Counted from the first letter of the stretch, positions 37,752-48,581 are shown. The stretch: 64,000 nucleotides of DNA from Sulfolobaceae archaeon (GCA_039793765.1 JBAMMP010000015.1:2300-66299); one strand, 5' to 3'. Numbers and translations are program-made. Notes: generated by a model not told the origin, from the sequence alone.

Positions 37752-38729
37752 TCATTTCCTCCTCTTTACGGTCAACTCGGTCAAGTCCGTGAGGGTCTTC
37801 CTCGCGCTCTCGTTCTTGCTAGGAACTTTCTCTAGAGCTTTGATCGCCTCTTCCTTGTACTTCTCCGCTAGTTTATACGCGTACTCTAGGGAATGGGCCT
37901 TGATTATGTCGGCGGCCTCCTTCAGTTCCTCCTTAGTGGCGCTCCTGTTGCCTAGAGCCTTCATCACTTTCTCCCTCTCGGCAGAGGAAGCCTCGCTTAA
38001 AGTCTTAATGACGAGTATGGTCTTCTTTCCCTCCCTTATGTCGCTGTAGACAGGTTTTCCTATCTCCTTTTCGTCTCCTACAAGTCCGAGGATGTCGTCG
38101 ACTATCTGGAACGCTAACCCCAGGTTCTTCCCGTAATCTATCATGTGACTTACGGAGTTCCTCTCGCCGGCCACCAGCGCTCCAAGTCCAGCGGAGACGC
38201 TGAAGAGGGCGGCCGTCTTTTTATAAATCATTTCCAGGTATTCGGGCTCGGTTACGTCCCACCTCTCCTCAAAGCTCATGTCCATTGCTTGCCCCTCGCT
38301 GATCGTGATGATGCCCTTCGTGAAGAGATCCATCGCGTCGTAAAGCTCGTCACTCCCCTTGAAGGCGTCGTTTAGGGCCTTGAACGCTATGGCGTGTAAG
38401 AGATCTCCAGCTAAAATGGCCATCGGGACTCCGTACTTGACGTGGACTGTCGGGAGTCCTCTCCTCATTGTGTCGTTGTCCATGATGTCATCGTGAATAA
38501 GCGTGAAATTGTGAAGGATCTCGACCGCAACCCCCGCCTTCAGCGCCCTCTCCCTGTTCCCCCCTAGCATGTCTGAAGTAGCGACTAGAATCAAGGGCCT
38601 TAGCCTCTTTCCTCCTCCTGTGAAAAGGTGGTAAGAGGCCTCACAGAGCTTCTGAACGGCGCAGTTTATGTACTCGCGTATTAGCCTGTTCACGGAGTCG
38701 AGAATCTCGCCCACGTAATCGTCAGGCAT
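37752..38729 (-). CDS. Geranylgeranyl diphosphate synthase (trans-polyprenyl synthetase)
   Basis: 325 aa. FARM is LIHDDIMDND and SARM is QIVDDILG. Confidence 0.9.
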   Translation of the reverse strand: MPDDYVGEILDSVNRLIREYINCAVQKLCEASYHLFTGGGKRLRPLILVATSDMLGGNRERALKAGVAVEILHNFTLIHDDIMDNDTMRRGLPTVHVKYGVPMAILAGDLLHAIAFKALNDAFKGSDELYDAMDLFTKGIITISEGQAMDMSFEERWDVTEPEYLEMIYKKTAALFSVSAGLGALVAGERNSVSHMIDYGKNLGLAFQIVDDILGLVGDEKEIGKPVYSDIREGKKTILVIKTLSEASSAEREKVMKALGNRSATKEELKEAADIIKAHSLEYAYKLAEKYKEEAIKALEKVPSKNESARKTLTDLTELTVKRRK

Positions 38730-39822
38730 GAGCCGCAGTTTTCCTATTGAAATACGTTGATAAATCTATGCCCCTCTGTGAAAGCCAGTTGAGGAGCTCC
38801 CCCCTGATCACGATAGGGGCCCTCTTAAGCGAGGCCACGTCCCTAGCTCCTGCCAGGAAGGAGGCCGACTTCATCTCGAAGATCAACCTGGTGAAGAACT
38901 CCTCCCCTCTACCCTCCATGACGGCCTTGAGGACGGGGAGAGCCAAGCCCACCGCGTCGGCCCCTAGGGCGATCGCCTTAGCGGCGTCCAAACCGTTCCT
39001 TATGCCTCCGCTTCCGATCACGAAGCCGTCCGGAACCTCGTATCTCACTTCGACTATTGAGGCGGCAGTAGGGATCCCCCACCCTGCGAAGACCCTCGCC
39101 GAGGACGCCTTCCAATTGTTCCTCCTAATCCCCCTGAACATCTCTACAGCAACCCAGCTAGTTCCTCCAGCCCCTTGAACATCGAAGTGCCTGAAGCCCC
39201 TCTCCTTAGCGAGCCTAGCGAACTCCCTCGAGAACCCACAGCCAGTCTCCTTCAGAATAACGGGGACTCCCAAGTCGTCGCTGATGTCTGCCAACTTGTC
39301 CAGGATGCTTATGGAATAGTGGGGTTCTCCTTCTGGCTGGAAGAGCTCTTGGGCGGGATTGAAGTGAATTGCGACTGCGTCTGCCTCTATCATTTGGACG
39401 GCCTCGCTGATCTCCCTGATCCCGTAGCCCTTCGCCAACTGCGGGGCGCCGATGTTTCCGATCACTGGCACGTCCTTAGCGACCTTTCTTACGATCGAAA
39501 AGGTCTCCCTCGTTTCTGGCCTCTCTATCCCAGCCCTCTGACTCCCGACTCCTACCGCTACTCTGAACTTCTGGGCTAGTTCGGCTATTTTCCTGTTGAC
39601 GTTCAGGAGCTCGGGCGAACCGCCAGTCATGCCTGAAATCACGATGGGAGCATTGACGTCCTTTCCGAACAGCTTCGCTGACAGGTCCACCTCGGAGAAG
39701 TCGAACCCTGGGAGGGCTTGGTGAACTAAGGTCACGTCATCGAGGAGGGTAGTTGTGTAGCCCTCAACCCTCTCGTATAGCGTGATCTCCAGGTGCTCCA
39801 GCTTCCTTGAAGACGTCGACAA
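38722..39822 (-). CDS. fni: Isopentenyl-diphosphate delta-isomerase, type 2 (FMN-dependent)
   Basis: 366 aa. Contains RKLEHL at the N-terminus, ISGMTGG, QGAGGTSWVAVE and GSGGIRNGLD. Confidence 0.9.
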   Translation of the reverse strand: MSTSSRKLEHLEITLYERVEGYTTTLLDDVTLVHQALPGFDFSEVDLSAKLFGKDVNAPIVISGMTGGSPELLNVNRKIAELAQKFRVAVGVGSQRAGIERPETRETFSIVRKVAKDVPVIGNIGAPQLAKGYGIREISEAVQMIEADAVAIHFNPAQELFQPEGEPHYSISILDKLADISDDLGVPVILKETGCGFSREFARLAKERGFRHFDVQGAGGTSWVAVEMFRGIRRNNWKASSARVFAGWGIPTAASIVEVRYEVPDGFVIGSGGIRNGLDAAKAIALGADAVGLALPVLKAVMEGRGEEFFTRLIFEMKSASFLAGARDVASLKRAPIVIRGELLNWLSQRGIDLSTYFNRKTAAHA

Positions 39823-40456
39823 GCTCTATCGTTGTGACTCTGTCGTTGTCCCATATTAATATCCAGTCCTTCCTCGGAGGCGACTTAACCCCGTAGACCA
39901 GCTCCCAAATTAAGTCGTTCACTTTCAACAAGTTCCAGTCCTTCGAGTCGAAGAACTCTATCGGCAAGTAACCGGCTAAATGGACTACCGAGTCGTCGAC
40001 GTACCTTATCCTGTCAGGGAGGTAGTGCTCTGCGACGAACCTCGCCTTGACTACCGGTAAACCGATCTCGACTTCCCTTTCGCCCTCCCTGAATATGACG
40101 GCGCTTCTCCTACGATAGGCCCTCCTCATTGCCCCTATTAATGGAGCGTCGAAAAGGACTTCGTCTATTTCCCTAAGCACGTCGTCTACCTCGTCTTGCT
40201 CGAGCGGAAGCTCGCACTTCTTGACCGCTCTCCTCACGTAGGCCTCGCTCAACACTACGTAAGCGGACACGTTGGGCATTCTGGGGAGTTCGATTTCGTC
40301 GTTCCCGCACTTGAATCCGGTAGCCTCCTTGAAGAGTTCGTGAAAGCCGAATGAATATTTGACCCTATCTCCTTGGAAATCGGCGATCGCAATTACGTGC
40401 GGGTTCCTGACTTCCTTAATCGGAACGCCAAGAAGCAGGACAGGGGCCTCAGTCAC
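39764..40456 (-). CDS. Hypothetical protein (230 aa) embedded in the isoprenoid/ribosomal gene string
   Basis: ORF with no motif I recognise. It overlaps the upstream MEMO-like gene by 8 nt and the downstream IDI2 gene by 59 nt. Confidence 0.55.
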   Translation of the reverse strand: MTEAPVLLLGVPIKEVRNPHVIAIADFQGDRVKYSFGFHELFKEATGFKCGNDEIELPRMPNVSAYVVLSEAYVRRAVKKCELPLEQDEVDDVLREIDEVLFDAPLIGAMRRAYRRRSAVIFREGEREVEIGLPVVKARFVAEHYLPDRIRYVDDSVVHLAGYLPIEFFDSKDWNLLKVNDLIWELVYGVKSPPRKDWILIWDNDRVTTIELVDVFKEAGAPGDHAIREG

Positions 40457-41303
40457 CGAACCTCACTGAGAGGTAGCCCACGACGGAGTCCTTAGTTCCC
40501 GAGGTGTCGCCGGAGTTAGCGTGTTTGAGGACGTAGGGCTTCTTGTTGAACTTCCTCGCCAACATCAGAACTCCCATGATAGGGCCGTAGCCGCATGCCG
40601 TGACGTTCATCTCGTTTACCACCTTGTACAGCCCTTCGTAGTCGAGCTCCTCGATCTCCTTGATCGCCAGCTCGTCCTTCTTGTTATTGATGTCATAGGG
40701 CTCGTAGTGGTTTAGGTCGCTACTCGCCAAGACTACTATGTCGGTTCCCTCGTGCTCCCTCATTATTTTCTCTATTGCGTCGGCTATCCTCTGCATTATT
40801 TCGATCTCTTGCATGAGGATTACTATGGGCACTATCTTGAAATCGTTCCCGAACAAGTACTGGAGGAACGGTATTTGCACCTCTACGGAGTGCTCGTACA
40901 TGTGGGCCGTCTCGTCCGCATCGACGACCTTAGATTCCCTAATTAGTTCCTTAACGAGCTCCGAGTCGACCTCAACAGCCCCTAAGGGCGTCTCCCAATA
41001 ACCTTCTGGCCAGACTGAAGCGAAGGATCCCAAGCCCGTGTGGTTCGGGCCCATGATGAAGACTACGTCAGGTTTCCCCTCACTCCCAAGGTAGTAGTAA
41101 CTGTGGGCCGCCACAGGTCCGCTGTAAATGTAGCCCGCGTGGGGAACGATGAAAAAGAGATTACTCCTCCTAGATTTAGACGAAGGCACCTGGGGGATCT
41201 TTCCTGGGCCGACGGGGTGAAGGAACGACCACTCTATCCTCTTCTTGAGCTTGTCAGGGTTAGCCTCATAAAAAGACCCCGCTACTGCGGGAAACCTCCT
41301 CAA
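40449..41303 (-). CDS. MEMO1-family protein (AmmeMemoRadiSam system protein B-like)
   Basis: Contains [28 protein letters not shown] and ASSDLNHY. I place the start at the TTG at 41303..41301, which overlaps the rps2 stop as TTGA. The track ORF extension to 41402 lies inside rps2. Confidence 0.82.
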   Translation of the reverse strand: MRRFPAVAGSFYEANPDKLKKRIEWSFLHPVGPGKIPQVPSSKSRRSNLFFIVPHAGYIYSGPVAAHSYYYLGSEGKPDVVFIMGPNHTGLGSFASVWPEGYWETPLGAVEVDSELVKELIRESKVVDADETAHMYEHSVEVQIPFLQYLFGNDFKIVPIVILMQEIEIMQRIADAIEKIMREHEGTDIVVLASSDLNHYEPYDINNKKDELAIKEIEELDYEGLYKVVNEMNVTACGYGPIMGVLMLARKFNKKPYVLKHANSGDTSGTKDSVVGYLSVRFGD

Positions 41304-41980
41304 CTCGTCACCTTCGCCTCGAACTGGTCTACAGTCACTGGTATGTCGCCGTCGGGGGGTATTTCCCTCCTTTCCCTCAGCACCTGCCTGGCCAAGATCC
41401 AATAAAGCAAGGCCAAGGACTTCCTTCCTTTGTTGTTGGCCGGAATCACGAGGTCAACATACTGTAACATCGCGTCCGTATCCGCGAAAGCGACCACTGG
41501 AATCCCTACCTTTGCGGCCTCCTTGACAGCCTGTACGTCCGTTCTAGGATCGGAAATGACGACTACATCGGGCTCAATATAGCTCGAGAATGTCGGGTTC
41601 GTGAGCGTTCCTGGAGGGAACCTTCCTACTATTGCCTTGGCCCTCACGACCTCGGCGAACTTCTGCACTGGAGTGTAAGCGTAAGGCCTGGCCGCCACTG
41701 CCAGGATCTTCTCGGGCTGGAACCTGGCCAGGAACTTCGCGGCCACCCTGAGCCTCTCGTCTATTTTCCTCACGTCGAGGACGTACAGCCCTTCCGGCCT
41801 TACCCTGTAAATGAACTTCCTCATATACGCAGTACAGGTGTGAGTACCAATGTGCACTCCGGAGGAAAGGTAGGTGTCCAAGGGAACCAATAGCTCGATA
41901 AGCTGGCCCTTCTCCGTTCTCTGCATCTCCTGCCTCTCTTGCTCGCTCAGCTGCGACCCTCTCTCCGCCTCTTCAGCCAT
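41300..41980 (-). CDS. rps2: 30S ribosomal protein S2 (uS2)
   Basis: 226 aa. Contains [14 protein letters not shown] ... and typical uS2 core blocks. Confidence 0.95.
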   Translation of the reverse strand: MAEEAERGSQLSEQERQEMQRTEKGQLIELLVPLDTYLSSGVHIGTHTCTAYMRKFIYRVRPEGLYVLDVRKIDERLRVAAKFLARFQPEKILAVAARPYAYTPVQKFAEVVRAKAIVGRFPPGTLTNPTFSSYIEPDVVVISDPRTDVQAVKEAAKVGIPVVAFADTDAMLQYVDLVIPANNKGRKSLALLYWILARQVLRERREIPPDGDIPVTVDQFEAKVTS

Positions 41981-41991
41981 TCAACGCCACC

Positions 41992-42192
41992 TCAGACTGG
42001 TCTCGTATAAGGCATGACTTGATATATAATGTCTACGTGGGAGAGCAACATCCTTCTACAACAGTACCTCCTTACTCCTAGGTCGTCAAGCACTTTCCCC
42101 GGATCCTCGCCCGCCTCGACCCTCTTCTTGAACTTCTCCCACTTGTCAGCGAGCGGGGCACCGCAGGTAAAGCACCTAACCGGTATGAGCAT
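41992..42192 (-). CDS. rpoN: DNA-directed RNA polymerase subunit N (Rpo10)
   Basis: 66 aa. Contains [11 protein letters not shown]...[13 protein letters not shown]. Confidence 0.95.
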   Translation of the reverse strand: MLIPVRCFTCGAPLADKWEKFKKRVEAGEDPGKVLDDLGVRRYCCRRMLLSHVDIIYQVMPYTRPV

Positions 42193-42198
42193 TCTCCA

Positions 42199-42606
42199 TC
42201 ACCTGTAAGCCTTCTGCCTCCACCTTCTGGCGCTGTACCTCATCCACTTCTCGCTCTCGGTCCTCCTCTTGTCGCCGGCGAGCATCGACCTGTCGTACAC
42301 CTTGTATAGTTCCTTAAGCTCCTGGTTGTTAGTGAACTTCACTAAGGCCTTAGCTAAAGCCATCCTCGCCGCGTCGGCTTGTCCCATCACTCCGCCGCCC
42401 CTTACGACGATGTCAGCGTCGATAGAATTCCTTATCGTCTCTCCTGCCAAGAGTAGGGGCTCCATAACTTTTAGCCTGACTACTTCCATTGGGATCAGCT
42501 CGACCGGCACGCCGTTGACCAGGACTCTGCCTTTCCCTGGCCTCAGATAGCATCTAGCTATTGCTGTCTTCCTCTTCGCAGAGGTTATAATCACGCCCTC
42601 AGACAC
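42199..42606 (-). CDS. rps9: 30S ribosomal protein S9 (uS9)
   Basis: 135 aa. Contains GKRKTAIARCYL-type N-terminal blocks and a C-terminal basic tail ending in YR. Confidence 0.93.
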   Translation of the reverse strand: MSEGVIITSAKRKTAIARCYLRPGKGRVLVNGVPVELIPMEVVRLKVMEPLLLAGETIRNSIDADIVVRGGGVMGQADAARMALAKALVKFTNNQELKELYKVYDRSMLAGDKRRTESEKWMRYSARRWRQKAYR

Positions 42607-43105
42607 CCTTCCACCCCATCGCCTTAGCTATTTCGAGAACGGTCGTGAACTTGCCTTTTAATCTGGAGGAGTCCGCCTCATTAAACTTTACTAATCTTGC
42701 CTGGCCCTTCTCGACCATTGCCTTTATCTCCTCCGGGTACCCCACGTAAGCCTTAATCGACTTGTACATCATTCTGCCAGTCTCGTTCTTGGGTAGCATG
42801 CCCCTTATCGTTCTTTTGACTATCCTAGCGGGGTTCCTCGGCCTCCTTATGCCCTGCTTGTCGGGGTTCCAGAGCGTCCTAACGGTGAAGAGCAACATGT
42901 AGCCCTTAACGACGCGGTCTCTCGGACCGCTAACGACAGCTTTCTCCGAATTCACAATGTGCACCTCCACTTCTTTGCCCTCCTTCATCAGCGCCTTCAT
43001 TGTCTTGACTATCATGCTGGCCATTCTTCCCAGGATCTGGTTGGAAGCGTCGACCACAAGTACTTCTTTCCCCTTAGTTTGGGCTTGGGCCTTCCCGCTC
43101 ATCAC
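42599..43105 (-). CDS. rpl13: 50S ribosomal protein L13 (uL13)
   Basis: 168 aa. Contains VVDASNQILGRMAS and IRGMLP. Confidence 0.93.
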   Translation of the reverse strand: MMSGKAQAQTKGKEVLVVDASNQILGRMASMIVKTMKALMKEGKEVEVHIVNSEKAVVSGPRDRVVKGYMLLFTVRTLWNPDKQGIRRPRNPARIVKRTIRGMLPKNETGRMMYKSIKAYVGYPEEIKAMVEKGQARLVKFNEADSSRLKGKFTTVLEIAKAMGWKGV

Positions 43106-43452
43106 TTCATCAACCTCACGTTCTTGAAGCTCTTTAACTCCTCAACTGCCTTGAAGAGGCTCTTGGCCGAGCCTCCGGCCTTCTCTATTTTCTCCTTGGC
43201 CGACCTGGAAAAAGCGAAGGCATAAACGGTGACCGGGTGCGAGAGGGTACCCAGGCCTAGAACTTTGCCTGGGACGATTATTATCTCGTTCGGCTTGGAA
43301 TACTTCTCGATCTTCTTCAAATTAACCACGACCCTTTTCCTTGCGGGCCTCTCGAGCTCTTCTGCCACTCTGACCCAAATGGGCCTCTTCTGCTTCCTTA
43401 GCATCCTTATGAGCTTCCTGGCCAGAGCGTTTGTTGGACCAGTCCTCTTCAT
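43102..43452 (-). CDS. rpl18e: 50S ribosomal protein L18e (eL18)
   Basis: 116 aa. Contains KRTGPTN...IWVRVAEEL and VNLKKIE. Confidence 0.9.
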   Translation of the reverse strand: MKRTGPTNALARKLIRMLRKQKRPIWVRVAEELERPARKRVVVNLKKIEKYSKPNEIIIVPGKVLGLGTLSHPVTVYAFAFSRSAKEKIEKAGGSAKSLFKAVEELKSFKNVRLMK

Positions 43453-44243
43453 TGCCTAAGCACCTCAACCTTCTGGGAGAACTCCTCCAACTTACGCCTT
43501 AGGCTCTTAATTGCCTCTCTTAAAATAGTCTTCGGTCTGAGGACGCCCGTGGACTCTATCTCAACGATGTACTTGTCCTCGACTGCCGAAATTCTAACCT
43601 TGTCTCCGCACGCCTTCACGCATTCCTCACATAGTATACACGACATCTCGTCGGCTACCTTCACCTTATCTCCTTCTACGCTGAAGACCTTTTTCGGACA
43701 GACCTCAGCGGCCTTAACGCAGTCCTCGCTTACTTCGACCTTAGGGTAGTACCTCACTACGGCGACACTGACGGGAATGTATTTCGCGTGCTCTATCCCG
43801 TAACCGAGCCTTAACTTAGCTTCCAGAGAAACGCTTTGTCCAGGGGCGAGGAGGACTATGGGGATTTCCGCCGAGGTAGGTTTAACTTCGGGATCGTCGC
43901 TCTTTATCTCGCTCGTGTAAACCCAGGTGGGAGGCTCGCCCTGCTCTACCTTTTTAACCAAGTAAATTTTCGTGCTACAGTCCCTGTCCTCCGGGCCACA
44001 CTCCTCCGGCCTCTTGTATTTGGTTAATGCTTCCTCTGAGTCGAACGGGATCATCCCCAACCTGTGGGCCAGCATTTCGTCGTAGAGCGGGCTGTTGTTC
44101 TCTATAATGTAAACTTCGTCGACGGCCATGACTGGGGTGTATAGGATTGTTGACCTCCTTATCGCGTTGACTAAAGCGAGCGGGTAGCCCTCGACTACAA
44201 GGACTAGCCTGTTGTCTTCCGATAAAACGGAAGTAATCGGCAT
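43449..44243 (-). CDS. rpoD: DNA-directed RNA polymerase subunit D (Rpo3) with Fe-S-type Cys cluster domain
   Basis: 264 aa. Contains ALVNAIRR plus the cysteine clusters CPKKVF and CILCEECVKAC. It sits in the conserved S11 to L18e position. Confidence 0.92.
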   Translation of the reverse strand: MPITSVLSEDNRLVLVVEGYPLALVNAIRRSTILYTPVMAVDEVYIIENNSPLYDEMLAHRLGMIPFDSEEALTKYKRPEECGPEDRDCSTKIYLVKKVEQGEPPTWVYTSEIKSDDPEVKPTSAEIPIVLLAPGQSVSLEAKLRLGYGIEHAKYIPVSVAVVRYYPKVEVSEDCVKAAEVCPKKVFSVEGDKVKVADEMSCILCEECVKACGDKVRISAVEDKYIVEIESTGVLRPKTILREAIKSLRRKLEEFSQKVEVLRQ

Positions 44244-44254
44244 AGCAAAAAACC

Positions 44255-44653
44255 TCAGACCCTTCTTCCTCTCCTACCGCCTGGCCTCCTAATGCTGTCG
44301 TGGGGTAAAGGCGTTACGTCCTCGATCCTTCCGATTATGAAGCCCGCCCTCGCCAACGCCCTGATGGCTGGCTGGGCTCCCGGGCCGGGGGTCTTGCTAC
44401 CGTAACCTCCGGGAGCCCTCACCTTTATGTGAATTGCACTTATTCCCCTGTCGAAGGCTTCGCTCGCAGCTTTATTCGCAGCTAACATCGCGGCGTACGG
44501 CGAAGGCTTCTCCCTGTCGGCCTTAACTACCATGCCACCACTAGCCCTACTTATCATCTCTGCACCAGACAGGTCAGTAATCGTGATGATAGTGTTGTTC
44601 TGAGACGCGTAAATGTGGGCGACTCCCCACCTGATCTCACGCCTGCTGGACAC
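44255..44653 (-). CDS. rps11: 30S ribosomal protein S11 (uS11)
   Basis: 132 aa. Contains [18 protein letters not shown] and [11 protein letters not shown]. Confidence 0.95.
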   Translation of the reverse strand: MSSRREIRWGVAHIYASQNNTIITITDLSGAEMISRASGGMVVKADREKPSPYAAMLAANKAASEAFDRGISAIHIKVRAPGGYGSKTPGPGAQPAIRALARAGFIIGRIEDVTPLPHDSIRRPGGRRGRRV

Positions 44654-45173
44654 TCACTTCACCTCCCTGGGCGGTTGGGGGCCTGTTCTTGAAGGGCGAC
44701 GTCGGATAAAAGTCTATCAAGTCCTCCTCGCTCTTCTTCACGATATAGCCTGGAGAGGTAACCCTCCTACCACCTATCGCGATGTGCCCGTGAACTATTA
44801 GCTGCCTCGCCTGATATATCGTCCTGGCCAAGCCCTTCTTGTAAACTATAGTTTGGAGCCTCCTTTCTAGGTAGTTCTCCACCGTTAGTCCCAGAATGTC
44901 GTCAATAGTCATGTTCTCCTTCTCCAGGAAGCCGAAGGCCCTGATCCTCTCGAAAAGTGCTTTCTCACGTGCTGCCCTCTCGGCTGGAGGCAAAGCCAGT
45001 AGGCTCCTCGCCATGTGCCTCAGCTTCCTTATGTAAGTCTCGGCTATCCATATCTCCTTCTTGTTCCTCAGCCCGTACTTACCCAAGAGTATTTGCTCCC
45101 TTTCTAGCCTCTCCCTGATCCACGGGTGGCTTGGGCCCTCCCACTTCTTCCTCGGCTTCTTAGGGTCTCCCAT
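44637..45173 (-). CDS. rps4: 30S ribosomal protein S4 (uS4)
   Basis: 178 aa. Contains [14 protein letters not shown] and an S4 RNA-binding domain ([27 protein letters not shown]). Confidence 0.95.
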   Translation of the reverse strand: MGDPKKPRKKWEGPSHPWIRERLEREQILLGKYGLRNKKEIWIAETYIRKLRHMARSLLALPPAERAAREKALFERIRAFGFLEKENMTIDDILGLTVENYLERRLQTIVYKKGLARTIYQARQLIVHGHIAIGGRRVTSPGYIVKKSEEDLIDFYPTSPFKNRPPTAQGGEVSVQQA

Positions 45174-45184
45174 CCCATCACCCC

Positions 45185-45697
45185 TTACTTCTTCTGCTCC
45201 TTACCTCCTCCGGACTCCTGTTTCTGGGCCTGCTGCTGCTGAGGTTGTGCTCCCTTACCCTTCCTCACACCCACAGTCATACCAGTCCTACCCGTCGTCC
45301 TTGTCCTCTGACCCCTCACCTTAAGCCCCAGCGAGTGCCTGACACCCCTCCAGCTCTTTATCTTCTTCTCCCTCTCGATATCGTTCCTAACGTAGAATAT
45401 GAGGTCGTTAGTCACCAGGTGCATGTCTACTCCCGACTCGTAATCCTTCCTCCTGTTATACATCCAGTTAGGGACGTTCGGGATGTTCTTTTCCTTAAGG
45501 TAATTCTCTATTTGTTTGAGCTCGCTCTCGCTCAGCTCACCTAACCTCCTGTTCCTGTCAATCCCGAGGTTGTGGAGGATGGCCATCGCGGTATTGTAGC
45601 CTATCCCCTTCACTGCCGCAAGGGCGTAGGCTACCTTCACAGTGCCGTCGACGTCCTGCCCAAAGAGCCTAACGATGTACTTGAAGCCCTCGCTCAT
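45185..45697 (-). CDS. rps13: 30S ribosomal protein S13 (uS13) with Gln/Lys-rich C-terminal tail
   Basis: 170 aa. Contains the uS13 core ([10 protein letters not shown] ... KGIGY). The tail is [25 protein letters not shown]. Confidence 0.95.
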   Translation of the reverse strand: MSEGFKYIVRLFGQDVDGTVKVAYALAAVKGIGYNTAMAILHNLGIDRNRRLGELSESELKQIENYLKEKNIPNVPNWMYNRRKDYESGVDMHLVTNDLIFYVRNDIEREKKIKSWRGVRHSLGLKVRGQRTRTTGRTGMTVGVRKGKGAQPQQQQAQKQESGGGKEQKK

Positions 45698-45707
45698 TCG
45701 ATACCAG

Positions 45708-46988
45708 CTACCCCTTAAGAGGCTCGTCCACTTTTAAAGTTTTCAAAACGGTCTCCAACTTCCCCATTGCCAACTCATACGCCTTAGCTACCCTTTCCTC
45801 CAGCTCCTGCCTCGAGAAAGGCGTGTAATTACCTATTACTTTCTTAATAGGTGTATAGGCGGACTCCCTGAAGGGGTACTCCAAGCTCCTGCCAGAAACG
45901 TCGATTAACGGGCTACCTTTCCACTCTTCGAGTCGACCAACAACGTCGCTTCTCACACCGAAGGACTTCAGAGCGTTGATTAGGTCGTCCGGCTTGTCCG
46001 TGGCCATCAGGATCGAGTCTATGGAGAGGCCGAGGGGGTCGACGTTCAAGGTCTCCAGCATCCTGGCCACGACAGGGTCTATTAGCTTGAGGAACCTCTC
46101 CGTGTCGAGGACTACCGACAGCCCCGTGCTCGAAGAGATTTCTACGGCGTCGGCCCTAATGCCGCCGTTGGTGACGTCCGTCATGGCTGTAACCGTATCG
46201 CTGAGACCCTCGGACACTTTCACGGCAGTAATCACGTCGGAGAGCGTTATCGTCCTCAATGCTACCTCGGGAACTCCGTTGAAGATGGCCGTCGCGGTTA
46301 TGGTACCGCCTCCCCTCCCCTCGGTCATCACTAAGTGCTGACCCTTCTTGGCGTTAGTCCTCAGGAAAGCTTTCGTTACTAGCTTCCCCACGGCTCCCAC
46401 TCCTCCAGAAATCCTCTCCCCTATGACCATGTCTCCACCAATCCTCAGCGTGCTGCCCGCCAGAACCCTCACGTTGAGCGCCTTCGCTACGGCTAGCACC
46501 CCTGCCTCGAACTCGAAGAGGTAAGACAGGTCGGCGTCGTCGGCAAGATGGATGTCGACTAGGACTCCCAGGGGCTTCGCTCCCTTCACTGCCACGTCCC
46601 TCAAAGCTGCCCTGGTCGCGTGGAAGCCCGCGAAGAAGGGGAAGTACGACAGCCTCGAGTGAATCCCGTCGACGCTCACGACTAAGTCGTCAACAACTCC
46701 AGCGTCCTCGAAGAGCCCTCCACTCATCTTCAGGACATAAGAGTGGATCAAGTGGTCGCCGAAACCTCTCGAGCCAAGGCCGCTTTCCCCAGCTTTAGCC
46801 CCAACCTTCTCGACCCTCAACAAGGGGTGGTAGGACTCGACCTTCCTCGAGTTCCTTACCTCCTCAATAACCGCCTCAACGAGCCTCGTAATAAGCGGGC
46901 TGTCCCCCTTGTATATCCTTAACAAGGTACTTATCAGACCCTTAGCGGTCTCTTCATCTAGAACCCTCGCTAGGCCCTCCAAATCCAA
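45708..46988 (-). CDS. AIR synthase-related (PurM-like fold) protein of unknown specificity
   Basis: 426 aa. Shows the PurM/ThiL/HypE/SelD-like two-domain pattern (DAGVV.., [20 protein letters not shown]). Confidence 0.7.
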   Translation of the reverse strand: MDLEGLARVLDEETAKGLISTLLRIYKGDSPLITRLVEAVIEEVRNSRKVESYHPLLRVEKVGAKAGESGLGSRGFGDHLIHSYVLKMSGGLFEDAGVVDDLVVSVDGIHSRLSYFPFFAGFHATRAALRDVAVKGAKPLGVLVDIHLADDADLSYLFEFEAGVLAVAKALNVRVLAGSTLRIGGDMVIGERISGGVGAVGKLVTKAFLRTNAKKGQHLVMTEGRGGGTITATAIFNGVPEVALRTITLSDVITAVKVSEGLSDTVTAMTDVTNGGIRADAVEISSSTGLSVVLDTERFLKLIDPVVARMLETLNVDPLGLSIDSILMATDKPDDLINALKSFGVRSDVVGRLEEWKGSPLIDVSGRSLEYPFRESAYTPIKKVIGNYTPFSRQELEERVAKAYELAMGKLETVLKTLKVDEPLKG

Positions 46989-47019
46989 ACTTTTTCAACC
47001 TCCTCGGTAGTGTTAGCAA

Positions 47020-47427
47020 GTGAGAGTCGTAAGGAAGGAATTAATGTTTAGGACGAGGTCGAGGTTCGACGACATTGACATAACGGATCAAGTGAAGAGG
47101 GAGATCGAGGGATCGATTAAGGACGGCGTTCTATTCGTCGTGAGCAGACACACCACATGTACAGTAATTATCAACGAGGCAGAGGAGGGTCTTATGAAGG
47201 ACTATTTAGAGTGGGCTAAGAAACTGGTTCCCCCAGAGGGGCACTTCCACCACAACCAAATAGACAACAACGGCCACGCTCACGTGTTGAACATGCTCAT
47301 CGGGAACGCTAGGGTAGTGCCTATAAGGGACGGCAGACTGGACTTGGGAACATGGCAGAGGATAATTCTCCTCGAGTTCGACGGCCCCAGGACGAGGTAC
47401 ATCGACCTAATCGCGATGGGCGAGTAG
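47020..47427 (+). CDS. YjbQ/UPF0047 family protein (secondary thiamine-phosphate synthase-like)
   Basis: 135 aa. Contains ITDQV, SRHTTCTVIINE and a His-rich HFHHNQIDNNGHAH. Confidence 0.8.
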   Translation: MRVVRKELMFRTRSRFDDIDITDQVKREIEGSIKDGVLFVVSRHTTCTVIINEAEEGLMKDYLEWAKKLVPPEGHFHHNQIDNNGHAHVLNMLIGNARVVPIRDGRLDLGTWQRIILLEFDGPRTRYIDLIAMGE

Positions 47428-47477
47428 GGAGAGTAACGCAAAACGATAGCGTTTAAATTAGGGCTTTTCTTAAACAC

Positions 47478-48575
47478 GTGGCAAGTGATGATTATATGAG
47501 TCTTGATAGATTACAATTAATTATTAGGAATACAGAGGAAATTATCACTCTAGACGAACTCAAGTCAAAACTAGAAAGTAAAGAGCAGTTGAAGGGGTAC
47601 ATAGGGTTCGAGCCAAGCGGCCTCTTCCACATCGGATGGATGATATGGGCGTACAAGCTGAGGGACTTGGTCAACGCAGGGATCAGGATGAACATCTTAG
47701 TAGCGACTTGGCACGCCTGGATAAACGACAAGCTAGGAGGGAACATGGAGCTGATAAAGAGGGCGGGAGACCTAACCATCGAGATACTTAGAGCGATGGG
47801 CATCGACATGAGCAAGGTGAACGTGATCGATGCCGAGGAGTTCGCCAAGGACAAGGACTACTGGGCCCTCGTACTGAGGGTCGCGAAGAGCGCCAGCCTG
47901 GCGAGAATAAAGAGGGCGTTAACGATTATGGGGAGGAAAGCCGAGGAGGCGGAAATAGACGCCTCCAAGCTGATCTACCCGGCCATGCAGGTCGCTGACA
48001 TCTTCTACCAGGACTTGGACATAGCGTTAGGCGGTACAGACCAAAGGAAAGCGCACATGCTAGCCAGGGACGTCGCCGACAAGCTTGGTAAGAAGAAGGT
48101 TATCGCCATTCACACGCCGCTCTTGGTCGGGCTGCAAGGCGGGCAGAGGATGGAGGTCAACGTGGAGAAGGACGACTATTTGGCGGCCATCAAGATGAGT
48201 AAGAGCAAACCTGAAAACGCCATCTTCGTGACCGACCCACCTCAGGCGGTTGAGGCTAAGCTGAAGCAAGCTTACTGCCCTAAGGGCGTCGTGGAGGACA
48301 ACCCCGTTCTGCAGATCAACAAATACATCATATTCGCCAGCGACAGCCCCAAGCTTGTAGTAGAGAGAGACCCCAAGTACGGAGGGACGGTAGTGTTCGA
48401 GTCGTACGAGGAACTGGAGAAGGCATTCGTCGAAGGGAAGCTCCATCCGTTAGACCTAAAGGCTGCCACCGCGAGGAAGCTCAATGAAATATTAGATCCG
48501 ATTAGGAAAAGAATAGAACAGAAATCCGAGTACATGGAACTCATCAGGCAAATAGAAAAAAGTGTAACGCGGTGA
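47478..48575 (+). CDS. tyrS: Tyrosyl-tRNA synthetase (archaeal type)
   Basis: 365 aa. Contains YIGFEPSGLFHIGW, YPAMQVADI, GGTDQRKAHMLARD and KMSKSKPENAI. Confidence 0.92.
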   Translation: MASDDYMSLDRLQLIIRNTEEIITLDELKSKLESKEQLKGYIGFEPSGLFHIGWMIWAYKLRDLVNAGIRMNILVATWHAWINDKLGGNMELIKRAGDLTIEILRAMGIDMSKVNVIDAEEFAKDKDYWALVLRVAKSASLARIKRALTIMGRKAEEAEIDASKLIYPAMQVADIFYQDLDIALGGTDQRKAHMLARDVADKLGKKKVIAIHTPLLVGLQGGQRMEVNVEKDDYLAAIKMSKSKPENAIFVTDPPQAVEAKLKQAYCPKGVVEDNPVLQINKYIIFASDSPKLVVERDPKYGGTVVFESYEELEKAFVEGKLHPLDLKAATARKLNEILDPIRKRIEQKSEYMELIRQIEKSVTR

Positions 48576-48581
48576 AATTAT

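Noticed and set aside
41304-41402. N-terminal extension of the MEMO-like ORF into rps2.
   Set aside because: It encodes an Arg/Gly-rich peptide inside rps2. A TTG overlapping the rps2 stop (TTGA) gives the family-typical N-terminus [11 protein letters not shown].
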